Source: a bacterium (lineage in GTDB: Bacteria; Armatimonadota; Zipacnadia; Zipacnadales; UBA11051). From it: a stretch of 64,000 nucleotides of DNA. The DNA lies in the NCBI GenBank assembly GCA_021372615.1, contig JAJFUB010000017.1, positions 117-64,116 of the forward strand, written 5' to 3'. Position 1 is the first letter of the stretch; each line of letters opens with the position of its first letter. A model generated the notes under the pieces. The model was not told where the DNA came from and did no database searches. It saw only the letters and a program-made list of their open reading frames with translations. This document shows positions 53,268 to 62,078 of the stretch, in pieces. A program made the translations under genes and the position numbers.

Positions 53268-54515
53268 ATGGACTGCCGAACCTGTCGCGAGCATTTCACC
53301 GAGCTGCTGGAGGGGACCGCTCCGGCAGCGGCCGTTCAGCATGTGGCCGGGTGCGAGGAGTGCGGCCGGGCTCTGGTCGAGGTGCGGGACACGGTGCGGG
53401 AGCTACGGAGCCTGCCCGTTGTGGCGCCACCGGCGGGGCTGCTGCGGGACATCTCGCGGGCGGTGGACGCCGCTGCCCGGCCGGCGCAGACCAAGACATG
53501 GTGGCAACCGCTGGCCGCCGGCCTCTCGATGGCGGCCTGCGTGTGTCTCCTGGTGTGGGCGGTCGTGCTGCATCCCGTCGGTGTGACATCAGACTTGCCC
53601 GGTGTGCAGGTCACGTACCAGGCGCCGACGTCCGCTCCCGCGGCGCTACCGGCTGCAGGCCCCGCGCTGGGCAGCGGCTCCGGCGGGACCGAGGGTCGCT
53701 TCCCGCGTGTCCCGAGGCGTGCCTACGCGGGGCGCGAGCGGGCCCCGTTCGTTCCGTCCGGCGGACGGGGGCAGAGTCTCCCCAAGCTGCCCGCGCTGGG
53801 CTCGTGGGGTGAGCGGCTGGCGCAGTTGCCGCCGACGAGTCGCCCGACGGGCGGAAGCTCCACCGCTACGGACGCGGGCACGGAGAAGCCGGCAGGGACC
53901 TTCGCCGCCGAGCCGGGCGCCGATGGAGCGCTGACGCCGCCGCTGCGCCGGCAGGCCGGCACGGTGCAGTTGACGTTCGTGCCGCCGCCCAGCAAGCCGG
54001 TGGGCGAAGCAGTCGTCGGCGAGCTGACCGTGAGCAGCCAGGCCGAGGCCATGATAACGCTGCGGGTGACGACGGAGCAGGGCCTGCGCGTGACCAATGC
54101 GCGGCGCGGCGTGGTATATGCGGGGCCGATGCGCAGCGGCGCGGCGCTGCATGTGCCGCTGCGGCTGTTGGCCTGGAAGCCGGGAACACACCGGCTGCGG
54201 GTACAGCTGGAGAGCGACGTGGCGGGGGTCGCAGCGGACCTGGAGATCGTGCTTTCAGAATTCGTGGGCGACATGGGGAAGAATGGCGAGGCAGTGGTGT
54301 CTCTAAGACTGTACGAGACACCCTCGCTGCGGGCCATCCGCAAGCTTGCCGCCGCCGCCGGTGAACGTGTGGTCATTCACGAGGGTGTCGAGGCCAAGGT
54401 GGTAACACTCGATTTCAGTGCCGGTGTACCCTTTGCCGCTGCCCTGCGGATTCTGTGCGATGACTGCGGCTACCGCGTCGAGGAGCGCGACGGAGTCTAC
54501 CACATCCTCAGGTGA
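53268..54515 (+). CDS. Transmembrane anti-sigma factor with an N-terminal zf-HC2 zinc finger.
   Basis: MDCRTCREHFTELLEG...HVAGCEECG. One TM helix, then an extracytoplasmic domain. Confidence 0.7.
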   Translation: MDCRTCREHFTELLEGTAPAAAVQHVAGCEECGRALVEVRDTVRELRSLPVVAPPAGLLRDISRAVDAAARPAQTKTWWQPLAAGLSMAACVCLLVWAVVLHPVGVTSDLPGVQVTYQAPTSAPAALPAAGPALGSGSGGTEGRFPRVPRRAYAGRERAPFVPSGGRGQSLPKLPALGSWGERLAQLPPTSRPTGGSSTATDAGTEKPAGTFAAEPGADGALTPPLRRQAGTVQLTFVPPPSKPVGEAVVGELTVSSQAEAMITLRVTTEQGLRVTNARRGVVYAGPMRSGAALHVPLRLLAWKPGTHRLRVQLESDVAGVAADLEIVLSEFVGDMGKNGEAVVSLRLYETPSLRAIRKLAAAAGERVVIHEGVEAKVVTLDFSAGVPFAAALRILCDDCGYRVEERDGVYHILR

Positions 54516-54545
54516 GGCGGACGCCGGCAGAGAAAGGTGAGGATC

Positions 54546-56792
54546 ATGCGCCTGCTTCTGCCACTCGGAGTCGTCCTCAGCCTGCTTGCTGCCTGCTGCG
54601 CGCAGGCCTGCATCGTCATTCCCCACCCGCCGCCGCGCCCCGACATCAAGCCCCTGTACCTGGAGTGTAAGTCGCAGCACGTCGAGACCGTCATCGCCGA
54701 CCAGGTGGCGCGCACGACGGTCACGACGGAGCTGCACAACCCCCACGGCCAGCAAGTAGAGGGCACCTTCCTGTTCCCCGTGCCGGCCGGTGCGAGCGTC
54801 AGTGACTTCTCGTACTGGATCGGCGACAAGGAGATGAAGGGCGAGCTGCTGGACCGCGACAAAGCGCGCGGGATCTACGAGGACATCGTGCGCAAGATGC
54901 GCGACCCCGCGCTGCTGGAGTACGACGGCGCCCAACTCTTCAAGGCGAGCATCTTTCCCATCCCCGCCGGCGGCGACGCCAAGACGAAGCTGCAGTTCAC
55001 CCAGGTGCTCAAGGCCGAGGGCGGCCTGGTACGGTACCTGCACGCCGTCAAGCTGGGACGCACCACGCCCAACCGTGGGCAGCTCATCGTGGACGTGAAG
55101 ATCTCCTCGAAGTCCCCGATCAAGTCCGTCTACTCGCCCACCCACAAGGTGGATGTGACCCGCAAGAGCGACCGCGAGGTGCGGGTCGGGCTGGAGCTGG
55201 ACAGCACGGACTTCAACGCCGACTTCGAGCTGCTGTACGGGCTGGAGGAGAAGGACTTCGGCGTGAATGTCCTGACCTACCGGCCGGAGGGCGAGGCGGG
55301 GTACTTCATGCTGCTGCTGGCGCCCAAGCAGCAGTGGGCGGAGCAGGAGATCGAGGGCAAGGATGTCGTTTTCGCCCTCGACACCTCCGGCAGCATGAGC
55401 GGGGAGAAGATCGCGCAGGCCAAGAAGGCCTTCACGTACTGCCTCAACTCGCTCAAGCCGCGCGACCGCTTCGGTCTGCTGACCTTCGCTACCGAGACGC
55501 GTCTGTTTGAGGACAAGCTGCTGGCGGCGGAGCCGGACACCATCAAGCGCGCGAAGGAGTTCGTGGGCAAGATTGACGCCGCGGGCTCGACAGCGCTCAA
55601 CGACGCACTGCTGCAGTCGGTGGACCTGTTCGGCAAGGGCAGCGACCGCCCGCGCATGATGATCTTCCTGACTGATGGCCTGCCGACGGCCGGGGAACGG
55701 AACGTCGAGCAGATCATCAAGAACGTGGCGAAGGCCAACGGCACGGCCAGCGACGACGATGAGAAGGCACGCGTGTCCCGCCTCTTCGTCTTCGGGGTGG
55801 GCGACGACGTGAACACCCACCTGCTCGACCGCGTGGCCGACGGCAACGGTGGGTCGAGCAACTACGTGCGGCCCGACGAGGACATCGAGGCGGCCGTGTC
55901 GGCCCTCTACGCCAAGCTGAGCCACCCGGTGTTGTCCGACATCACCCTGAAGCTGGACAAGGCGGAGGCGTTCAAGGTGTACCCGCAGAAGCTGCCCGAT
56001 CTGTTCGCCGGGAGCCAACTCGTGGTGACGGGACGATACGAGGGCAGTGGCCGCTCGAACATCGTGCTAAGCGGCACGGCGAGCGGCAAGGAGATGGTGC
56101 ACGAGTACACGGGCGACTTCCCGAAGGAGACCGATGAGAACGTCTTTGTGGCGCGGGTGTGGGCCGGGCGGCGGATCGGCTATCTGCTCGACCAGGTGCG
56201 CCTGAACGGCGAGGACAAGGAACTCAAGGACGAGATCGTCAAGCTGGCGATGAAGTACGGGATTGTCACGCCGTACACGAGCTACCTGGTGCAGGAGGAC
56301 AAGGACCTGTCGCGGGTGGCGGCGGGCCAGCAGCGGGCCTTCGGGGCCGCGGCCAGTGCGCCGGGCCGGGGCGGGGCCATCGGCCCGGCGGGGCCGGCAC
56401 CCACGGCGGCTGCCCCCAGGGAGGCCATGAAGGCCAACGTGGGCGCTGGTGCGGTGCACGTGGCGCAGAGCACCCAGGCGCTGCGCTCTGCGACCCAGCA
56501 GGAGGCCCAGTACCAGGGCTATCAGCAAGTGGCACAGAGGACCTTCTATCAGGATGGCGAAACATGGGTGGACACGTCCTGGCAGCAGGGGGCCCAGCAG
56601 GGGACGAGAATCCTGCAGGTGAAGGCCTTCAGCCAGGCGTACTTCGACGTGCTCAAGGCGCGTCCCGACCTGGCGCCGTATCTGGCGCTGAGTGATCGTG
56701 TCCAGGTGCAGCTCGCGAAGGTGGGCGTGCAGGTGGGGCCCGAGGGGTTGGAGACGCTGACTGCCGAGCAGCTTGAGGAGCTCAAGAAGTGA
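54546..56792 (+). CDS. Secreted VIT domain + von Willebrand factor A domain protein.
   Basis: Signal peptide. vWA MIDAS DTSGSMSG plus additional T and D residues. Confidence 0.8.
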   Translation: MRLLLPLGVVLSLLAACCAQACIVIPHPPPRPDIKPLYLECKSQHVETVIADQVARTTVTTELHNPHGQQVEGTFLFPVPAGASVSDFSYWIGDKEMKGELLDRDKARGIYEDIVRKMRDPALLEYDGAQLFKASIFPIPAGGDAKTKLQFTQVLKAEGGLVRYLHAVKLGRTTPNRGQLIVDVKISSKSPIKSVYSPTHKVDVTRKSDREVRVGLELDSTDFNADFELLYGLEEKDFGVNVLTYRPEGEAGYFMLLLAPKQQWAEQEIEGKDVVFALDTSGSMSGEKIAQAKKAFTYCLNSLKPRDRFGLLTFATETRLFEDKLLAAEPDTIKRAKEFVGKIDAAGSTALNDALLQSVDLFGKGSDRPRMMIFLTDGLPTAGERNVEQIIKNVAKANGTASDDDEKARVSRLFVFGVGDDVNTHLLDRVADGNGGSSNYVRPDEDIEAAVSALYAKLSHPVLSDITLKLDKAEAFKVYPQKLPDLFAGSQLVVTGRYEGSGRSNIVLSGTASGKEMVHEYTGDFPKETDENVFVARVWAGRRIGYLLDQVRLNGEDKELKDEIVKLAMKYGIVTPYTSYLVQEDKDLSRVAAGQQRAFGAAASAPGRGGAIGPAGPAPTAAAPREAMKANVGAGAVHVAQSTQALRSATQQEAQYQGYQQVAQRTFYQDGETWVDTSWQQGAQQGTRILQVKAFSQAYFDVLKARPDLAPYLALSDRVQVQLAKVGVQVGPEGLETLTAEQLEELKK

Positions 56793-57619
56793 TTCCCTCG
56801 CCCACGGTGTCGTGTGTTCGGAGCCGCCAGGTCCTGTCGTGGGGCCTGGCGGCCCTGCTGTTGACGGCCTCCCAGCTCTGGGCGGCTCCCTTCCGCCCCG
56901 GGGCGGCGGTGCTGGACTTCCAGAACGTGGGCGGCTACAGCGGCCACCTGCTGTCCCGCCGGGCCGCCGACCAACTGGCCCTGGACCTGGGGGCCACGGG
57001 GTGCTGGCGGGTCATTGACCGCACCCAGACGCGGCGCGCAGCACAGCAGCGCGGCCTGAAGCCGCCGTATGCCGTCGGCCTGATGCAGGAACTGGCCCAT
57101 GCGGTGGCGGCCGACGTGGTGTTCACCGGGGCCGTCCAGAAGCTGGAAGTCAACGCCCGGGAAGGGACTATCCGGCTGGCACTGCTCGTGGAGTGCGTGG
57201 ACCAGATCTCCGGACAACGGGCCGCCGCCACCGTCCAGGTGGGCGAAGTCACAGCCCGCGAGAAGGCGCCCGCACCCACGGATGTCCTGGTGGGGGACGC
57301 GCTGGCCGCGGCCTCGGCGCAGGCCGCCAAGGCCGTATCGGTCAACACCGGGCTGGTGCTGACCGTGACCGACCCAGGCGAGGGGAAGACGGTGCAACTG
57401 AAGCCGGCGGCGGGAGAGCAGGTCAAGAGCGGCTACCGGCTGCTGCTCTACCGCGCCCTGGTCGAGGGTGAGGAGCGCACGCCGGGCAAGCTGCTGGCAG
57501 CCCTGATGGTCAGCGAGGTCGGGGCAGAGACCTGCAAGGCGCAGGTGCTGGCGCGGGCCGGTGACATCCATACCGACGACATTGCCATCAGCATCTGCGC
57601 CCGGGGCAAGGGCGACTGA
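56789..57619 (+). CDS. Secreted hypothetical protein, possibly LpoB/CsgG-like fold.
   Basis: GTG start overlapping the upstream stop (GTGA). Signal peptide. N-terminal AVLDFQNVGG...L pattern reminiscent of LpoB/CsgG-type lipoproteins. Confidence 0.5.
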   Translation: MIPSPTVSCVRSRQVLSWGLAALLLTASQLWAAPFRPGAAVLDFQNVGGYSGHLLSRRAADQLALDLGATGCWRVIDRTQTRRAAQQRGLKPPYAVGLMQELAHAVAADVVFTGAVQKLEVNAREGTIRLALLVECVDQISGQRAAATVQVGEVTAREKAPAPTDVLVGDALAAASAQAAKAVSVNTGLVLTVTDPGEGKTVQLKPAAGEQVKSGYRLLLYRALVEGEERTPGKLLAALMVSEVGAETCKAQVLARAGDIHTDDIAISICARGKGD

Positions 57620-57627
57620 AGGCAACC

Positions 57628-58659
57628 ATGCGCCAACTGCGTCTCTATGGGCCGCATGACCTGCGGCTGGAGGAAGCGCCCCGGCCGGAGCCCGGACCGG
57701 GTGAGGTGCTGGTGCGCATCGCGGCGGTGGGCCTCTGCCGGACTGACCTGGAGCTGGTCGAGGGCATCCACGGCGGACTGCTGAGCGGCGCGCAGCAGTA
57801 CCCCTTCGTCCCCGGGCATGAGTGGTCGGGGCACGTGGTGGAGGTGGGGGAGGGCGTCGAGGGGCTGGCCGAGGGTGACCTGGTGATCGGCGAGACGGGC
57901 ATCGGCTGCCTGCGCTGCCCGCTGTGCCTGGCGGGACACCACCAGCTCTGCCCCAACGGCACTGAGACCGGGATCATTCGTCGCGACGGGGCTCTGCGGG
58001 AGTTCCACGTTCAGTCCGCAGACTTCGTGCACCGGTTCGAGGGCGAGGCTGCAGTCGGGGCGCTCGTCGAGCCGGCCTCGGTGGGCGTGTACAGTTGCCG
58101 CAAGACGGGGGTGAGCCCCCTCGACCGCGTGATGGTCATCGGCGGGGGCGCCATCGGGCAGTGCTGCCTGCAGGCGGCGCGGGCGTATGGGGCGCAACAG
58201 GTGGTGATGGTGTCACGGAGCGCGCCGAAGCTGGACCTGGCGCGGCGGTGCGGCGCCGACGCTGTGGTCAATTCGGGCGCAGTGGACCTGCTGCAGGCCG
58301 CACTGGACCTCACGGAGGGCCACCTATTTGACGTGGTGATCGAGGCCGCCGGCACGCCAGCCGCGTTCCGGGATGCGCTCGTGGTCGGCGGGTTCGTCAG
58401 CCGGATCGGGCTGGTGGGCTATTCGGCGCGTGACGCCTTCGGCTACGGGTTCGAGACGGTCATTGATCGCGAGCAGACGATCATCGGGGTGCGGGGCAGT
58501 CCGCACGTCTACCCGGCGACCATCGCGATGATCGAGCGCGGGGAGTTGCGGCTGGAGGAGCTGATCAGCCACCGCTACCCGCTGGCGGAGTACCGCGAGG
58601 CCTTCGAGGTCGCCGAGGGCGGCGGGACGTCCGTGATGCGCGTACTGGTAGAAATGTGA
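57628..58659 (+). CDS. Zn-dependent medium-chain alcohol/polyol dehydrogenase.
   Basis: Catalytic and structural zinc motifs GHEWSGHVVEVG and C...CLRCPLCLAGHHQLC. Rossmann fold VIGGGAIG. Confidence 0.85.
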   Translation: MRQLRLYGPHDLRLEEAPRPEPGPGEVLVRIAAVGLCRTDLELVEGIHGGLLSGAQQYPFVPGHEWSGHVVEVGEGVEGLAEGDLVIGETGIGCLRCPLCLAGHHQLCPNGTETGIIRRDGALREFHVQSADFVHRFEGEAAVGALVEPASVGVYSCRKTGVSPLDRVMVIGGGAIGQCCLQAARAYGAQQVVMVSRSAPKLDLARRCGADAVVNSGAVDLLQAALDLTEGHLFDVVIEAAGTPAAFRDALVVGGFVSRIGLVGYSARDAFGYGFETVIDREQTIIGVRGSPHVYPATIAMIERGELRLEELISHRYPLAEYREAFEVAEGGGTSVMRVLVEM

Positions 58660-58783
58660 GTGGGATGGAACTCACGGGTCGGGCGGGTGTCGAATAGTGG
58701 TGTTCGGGCAGGGCGGCGCGTCTGGGACGTCCGCGCCCACGCGGGGAGGCGGCCATGGCCCCGCGAGGGGCGCACGTCGCGGG

Positions 58784-58812
58784 TTGAACTGACCGGGCGG
58801 CTATGTTATACT
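58784..58812 (+). promoter_or_regulatory. Sigma70-type promoter TTGAAC-17 nt-TATACT upstream of the secreted M/G/P-rich protein gene.
   Basis: Read directly. A ~110-nt leader with a ccgga/tccgg hairpin follows. Confidence 0.45.
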
Positions 58813-58928
58813 GCGAGCAGTCTGCGGATGCCGGAGACCGTCCGGCTGTGGATGCGGTAGCACAAATCGAACCACTGGGAGGACCGGCGGAGACGCTGTA
58901 CCGCCGGGCCCGAAAGGGGAGCGTGCCG

Positions 58929-59846
58929 ATGCGTTTCCTGACGAGCCGGCTGGCCATGGGGCTCGCACTGCTGGTGCTTCTGCCGCTGTGTGCGCAGGCC
59001 CGGGAAGTGCAACTGGCCGGCATTCGGCTGGGCGACCACGCCATCAACATCCTGGATGTCTACGGCATGCCTGACGGTATTGCGGTGGGCGAGGGTGCTG
59101 AACTCACTGCGGCCCAGACCGCCGGTGGGGCGGCGGCCGGGGCTCCCGTGATGGGGGCGCCGACGCCCGACCTGATGGGCATGGCCATGAGCACCCTGGG
59201 CATGGGTGGGATGCCGGGCGGCGGCATGCCGGGCATGATGCCCATGGCAGGCGCCGCGCCCGGTGGTCCGGCCATGGGTCCCGGTGGGGCGCCTGGCGGG
59301 ATGCCTGGTCCGGAGGGCGGCCCCGGGGCGTTCCCCGGTGGCGCCGCTCCCGGCGGGCCCGGTGAGGGCGGCGCTCCCGGCGCGGGTGGCGGCGCTGCGG
59401 CCGGTGGCATGGCGGCGGAGCCATTCCCCATCTGGGCACTGGCGGTATGGGTGGATCTGGCGGCCCGCGACGTGGAATGGGTCTACCAGAAGGGCCCGGT
59501 CGTGCTGGGCTTTGTGTTGGATCGTGACGGCTTCTGCAAGGTCATTGCGGTGGCCGCCGAGCAGTGCGGGTTTGCGCGCACCGCGCTGTGGTCGCCCCAC
59601 CGCTATGTCAAGCTGGGCGACAACTTCAAGCGCGTGCTCTATCGCTATGGCTATCCCGACGAGACCGTGACCTTTACCGCCTCGGGGCCGGGGTCGGCCT
59701 CGCCCGGTGGCGGGCAGATCACGGTGAGCTTCAACCAGACCAGCCGCACCTATGCCCGCGACTGTCTGCTGCGGTACACCCAGAACAACAACGTGGAGTT
59801 CACGCTCCACGACATGGTCGTAACCCGGATCCATATCTGGGAATAG
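58929..59846 (+). CDS. Secreted hypothetical protein with a Met/Gly/Pro-rich low-complexity region and a conserved C-terminal domain.
   Basis: Signal peptide MRFLTSRLAMGLALLVLLPLCAQA. In-frame ATG at 58929 inside ORF 58803..59846. Confidence 0.6.
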   Translation: MRFLTSRLAMGLALLVLLPLCAQAREVQLAGIRLGDHAINILDVYGMPDGIAVGEGAELTAAQTAGGAAAGAPVMGAPTPDLMGMAMSTLGMGGMPGGGMPGMMPMAGAAPGGPAMGPGGAPGGMPGPEGGPGAFPGGAAPGGPGEGGAPGAGGGAAAGGMAAEPFPIWALAVWVDLAARDVEWVYQKGPVVLGFVLDRDGFCKVIAVAAEQCGFARTALWSPHRYVKLGDNFKRVLYRYGYPDETVTFTASGPGSASPGGGQITVSFNQTSRTYARDCLLRYTQNNNVEFTLHDMVVTRIHIWE

Positions 59847-59869
59847 CCGCGCCAGGGACGAGTACACGC

Positions 59870-59902
59870 GCGGCCCTGCCTCCGGCAGGGCCGCTTCGCT
59901 TT
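59870..59902 (+). terminator. Terminator hairpin (10-bp stem gcggccctgc/gcagggccgc, 5-nt loop) followed by ttcgcttt.
   Basis: Read directly, 24 bp after the stop at 59846. Confidence 0.5.
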
Positions 59903-60054
59903 GACGGGGGGACGGGCGCGAGGAATCGCGCCGCTTCTGCAGGTGGCGCGGTGGCGGTTGGCGAACTCTTCGACAACAGCGCAGGCCGGGCGGGGGGCCG
60001 GCCCTTCCCTCGCCTGGGTGCGACTTCCCCGCCCCATCCTGAGCATGAGGCTCC

Positions 60055-62073
60055 ATGGCAGACAACGACGTCAAAGAGGAGATCCGGCGGCGCCTCGACG
60101 TGGTGGAGGTGGTGTCGCAGTACGTGCCGCTGCAGCGCGCGGGACGGCGCTTCAGCGCCCGCTGCCCCTTCCACCAGGAGAAGACGCCCTCGTTCTTCGT
60201 GGACCCCGAGCGCGGGTTCTGGAAGTGCTTCGGCTGCGGGGCTTCCGGGGACATCTTCTCCTTCGTGATGCAGATCGAGGGGCTCACGTTCCCTGAGGCA
60301 GCCGAGAAGCTCGCTCAGCGGGCCGGAGTGCAGTGGCGTGTGTCAGCCGGAGCCGAGAAGGCCGGCCAGGAGCGCCAGGCGGTGCTGCAGGCCAATGCCG
60401 CCGCTGCCAGTTGGTTCCGCCACAAGCTGTCCGAGCCTGAAGGGAAGCACGCCCTGGACTACCTGCGGGGGCGCGGGCTGTCCGACCAGATCATCAAGGA
60501 CTTCATGCTCGGCTATGCGCCGGACGGCTGGGACCATCTCGCCACGTACATGACGGGGCGTGGCACCAATGAGCGCCTGTTGACCGCCGCCGGCCTGGTC
60601 AGGCCGCGCAACACTGGCGGGGGCTGCTACGACTTCTTCCGCCACCGGGTCATGTTCCCGGTGATCGAGGTCACCGGCCGGGTCATCGCCTTCGGCGGCC
60701 GGGCACTGGACCCCGAAGAGAAGGCCAAGTACATCAACAGCCCCGACACCCCGGTGTTCCACAAGGGCACGACGGTGTACGGGCTGAACCTGGCCCGCGA
60801 ACACATCGCCCACGCCAAGCAGGTGATTGTGGTCGAGGGGTACATGGATGTGATCGCGCTGGTGCAGGCGGGCATCCGGAATGTCGTCGCCTGCCTGGGG
60901 ACGTCCACGACCGAGGAGCACCTGAAGCTGCTGGGGCGTTACGCCGACAGCATCATCTTCGTCTACGACGCCGACGCCGCGGGGATGAGGGCGGCGCTGC
61001 GGAACATTGCGGTCTTCGAGAGTGCCGGGGCCGCGGCGCGGCTGGCGGTGCTGCCACCGGGGCAGGACCCGGACGAGTGCGTCCGCAGCGGCGGCCCGGA
61101 CGTATTCCGCCAGTGCCTTGCGGAGGCGATGAGCTTCCCCGAGTACGAGATCAAGATGGCCTTCGCGCAGTACGACATGGGGGATGCCGATGGGCGCATG
61201 CGGGCAGCACGGGAGGCCGTCACAAGCCTGCTGAAAGTGCACGACCGGGCGCGGCGGGAGGAGTTGCTGGACCGCGTGGCGGCCCGTTGGGCACAGGGCG
61301 ACCTGAGCCGCTCCGAACAACTGGCACACGTGTTGCGTCTGGAACTGAACCGTCGCTTCACCGATCAGCGGGGACAGCGTCGGGGGCGGGACTCGCGCTA
61401 CGACCGCGGGCACATCATGGAGACACTAGCGCGCAGCGCCGGGGATGTGGAGCCCGGCGTGGTGCGGCTGGAAGAGGGGGTCCTCACGGCGGCGCTGCAC
61501 GAGCCGGCGTGGGCGCGCGAGGTGGCGGAGAAGCTGAGCGAAGAGGACTTCGCCGATCCGCAGCACCGCCGCATCGCGGCCGTGCTAATGACCCGGGCGC
61601 GGCAGGGCGCCTTCATTCCGGCCGAGTTGGTAGAGGCGTTCGAGGAAGGCGATCCAGTTCGGGAACGCGCGATCGAGTTGGTTGTCGGCGATACGGTGTG
61701 GTCAGAGGAGGAATTCGGCGAGGCTATCGCGAAGATGGAGTACGGCAGGTCCACGCACGGCTTGCGCCCGAAGTACGACGTGACGCCGAGCGAGACGGCC
61801 GAGGAACCGGCGATTGAGGCAGGCGGGGAGGACTTTGAGGCGTGGCGGCGAAGAGTCGCCGCGGCCATCGATAGCGGTGAGATCGCGCCGGACGATCCAG
61901 ACTTCATCAGGTTCATGCAACTGGGGAGGAAGTTTCAGGGCACCGGCCAACAGGGCTTTGTGGAGCAGGCCGGCCTGACATCGTTTTCGGCTTCCCGGAA
62001 GCTGGCCGGACAGGCGCCGGACCGAGCAGAGACGACAGACGAACCGTCGGGTGACCCTGACGAGAGGAGTTGA
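60055..62073 (+). CDS. dnaG: DNA primase.
   Basis: CHC2 zinc finger ([11 protein letters not shown]...CFGCG). Toprim motifs EGYMDV and DAD. C-terminal helicase-binding domain. Confidence 0.95.
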   Translation: MADNDVKEEIRRRLDVVEVVSQYVPLQRAGRRFSARCPFHQEKTPSFFVDPERGFWKCFGCGASGDIFSFVMQIEGLTFPEAAEKLAQRAGVQWRVSAGAEKAGQERQAVLQANAAAASWFRHKLSEPEGKHALDYLRGRGLSDQIIKDFMLGYAPDGWDHLATYMTGRGTNERLLTAAGLVRPRNTGGGCYDFFRHRVMFPVIEVTGRVIAFGGRALDPEEKAKYINSPDTPVFHKGTTVYGLNLAREHIAHAKQVIVVEGYMDVIALVQAGIRNVVACLGTSTTEEHLKLLGRYADSIIFVYDADAAGMRAALRNIAVFESAGAAARLAVLPPGQDPDECVRSGGPDVFRQCLAEAMSFPEYEIKMAFAQYDMGDADGRMRAAREAVTSLLKVHDRARREELLDRVAARWAQGDLSRSEQLAHVLRLELNRRFTDQRGQRRGRDSRYDRGHIMETLARSAGDVEPGVVRLEEGVLTAALHEPAWAREVAEKLSEEDFADPQHRRIAAVLMTRARQGAFIPAELVEAFEEGDPVRERAIELVVGDTVWSEEEFGEAIAKMEYGRSTHGLRPKYDVTPSETAEEPAIEAGGEDFEAWRRRVAAAIDSGEIAPDDPDFIRFMQLGRKFQGTGQQGFVEQAGLTSFSASRKLAGQAPDRAETTDEPSGDPDERS

Positions 62074-62078
62074 ACTAC

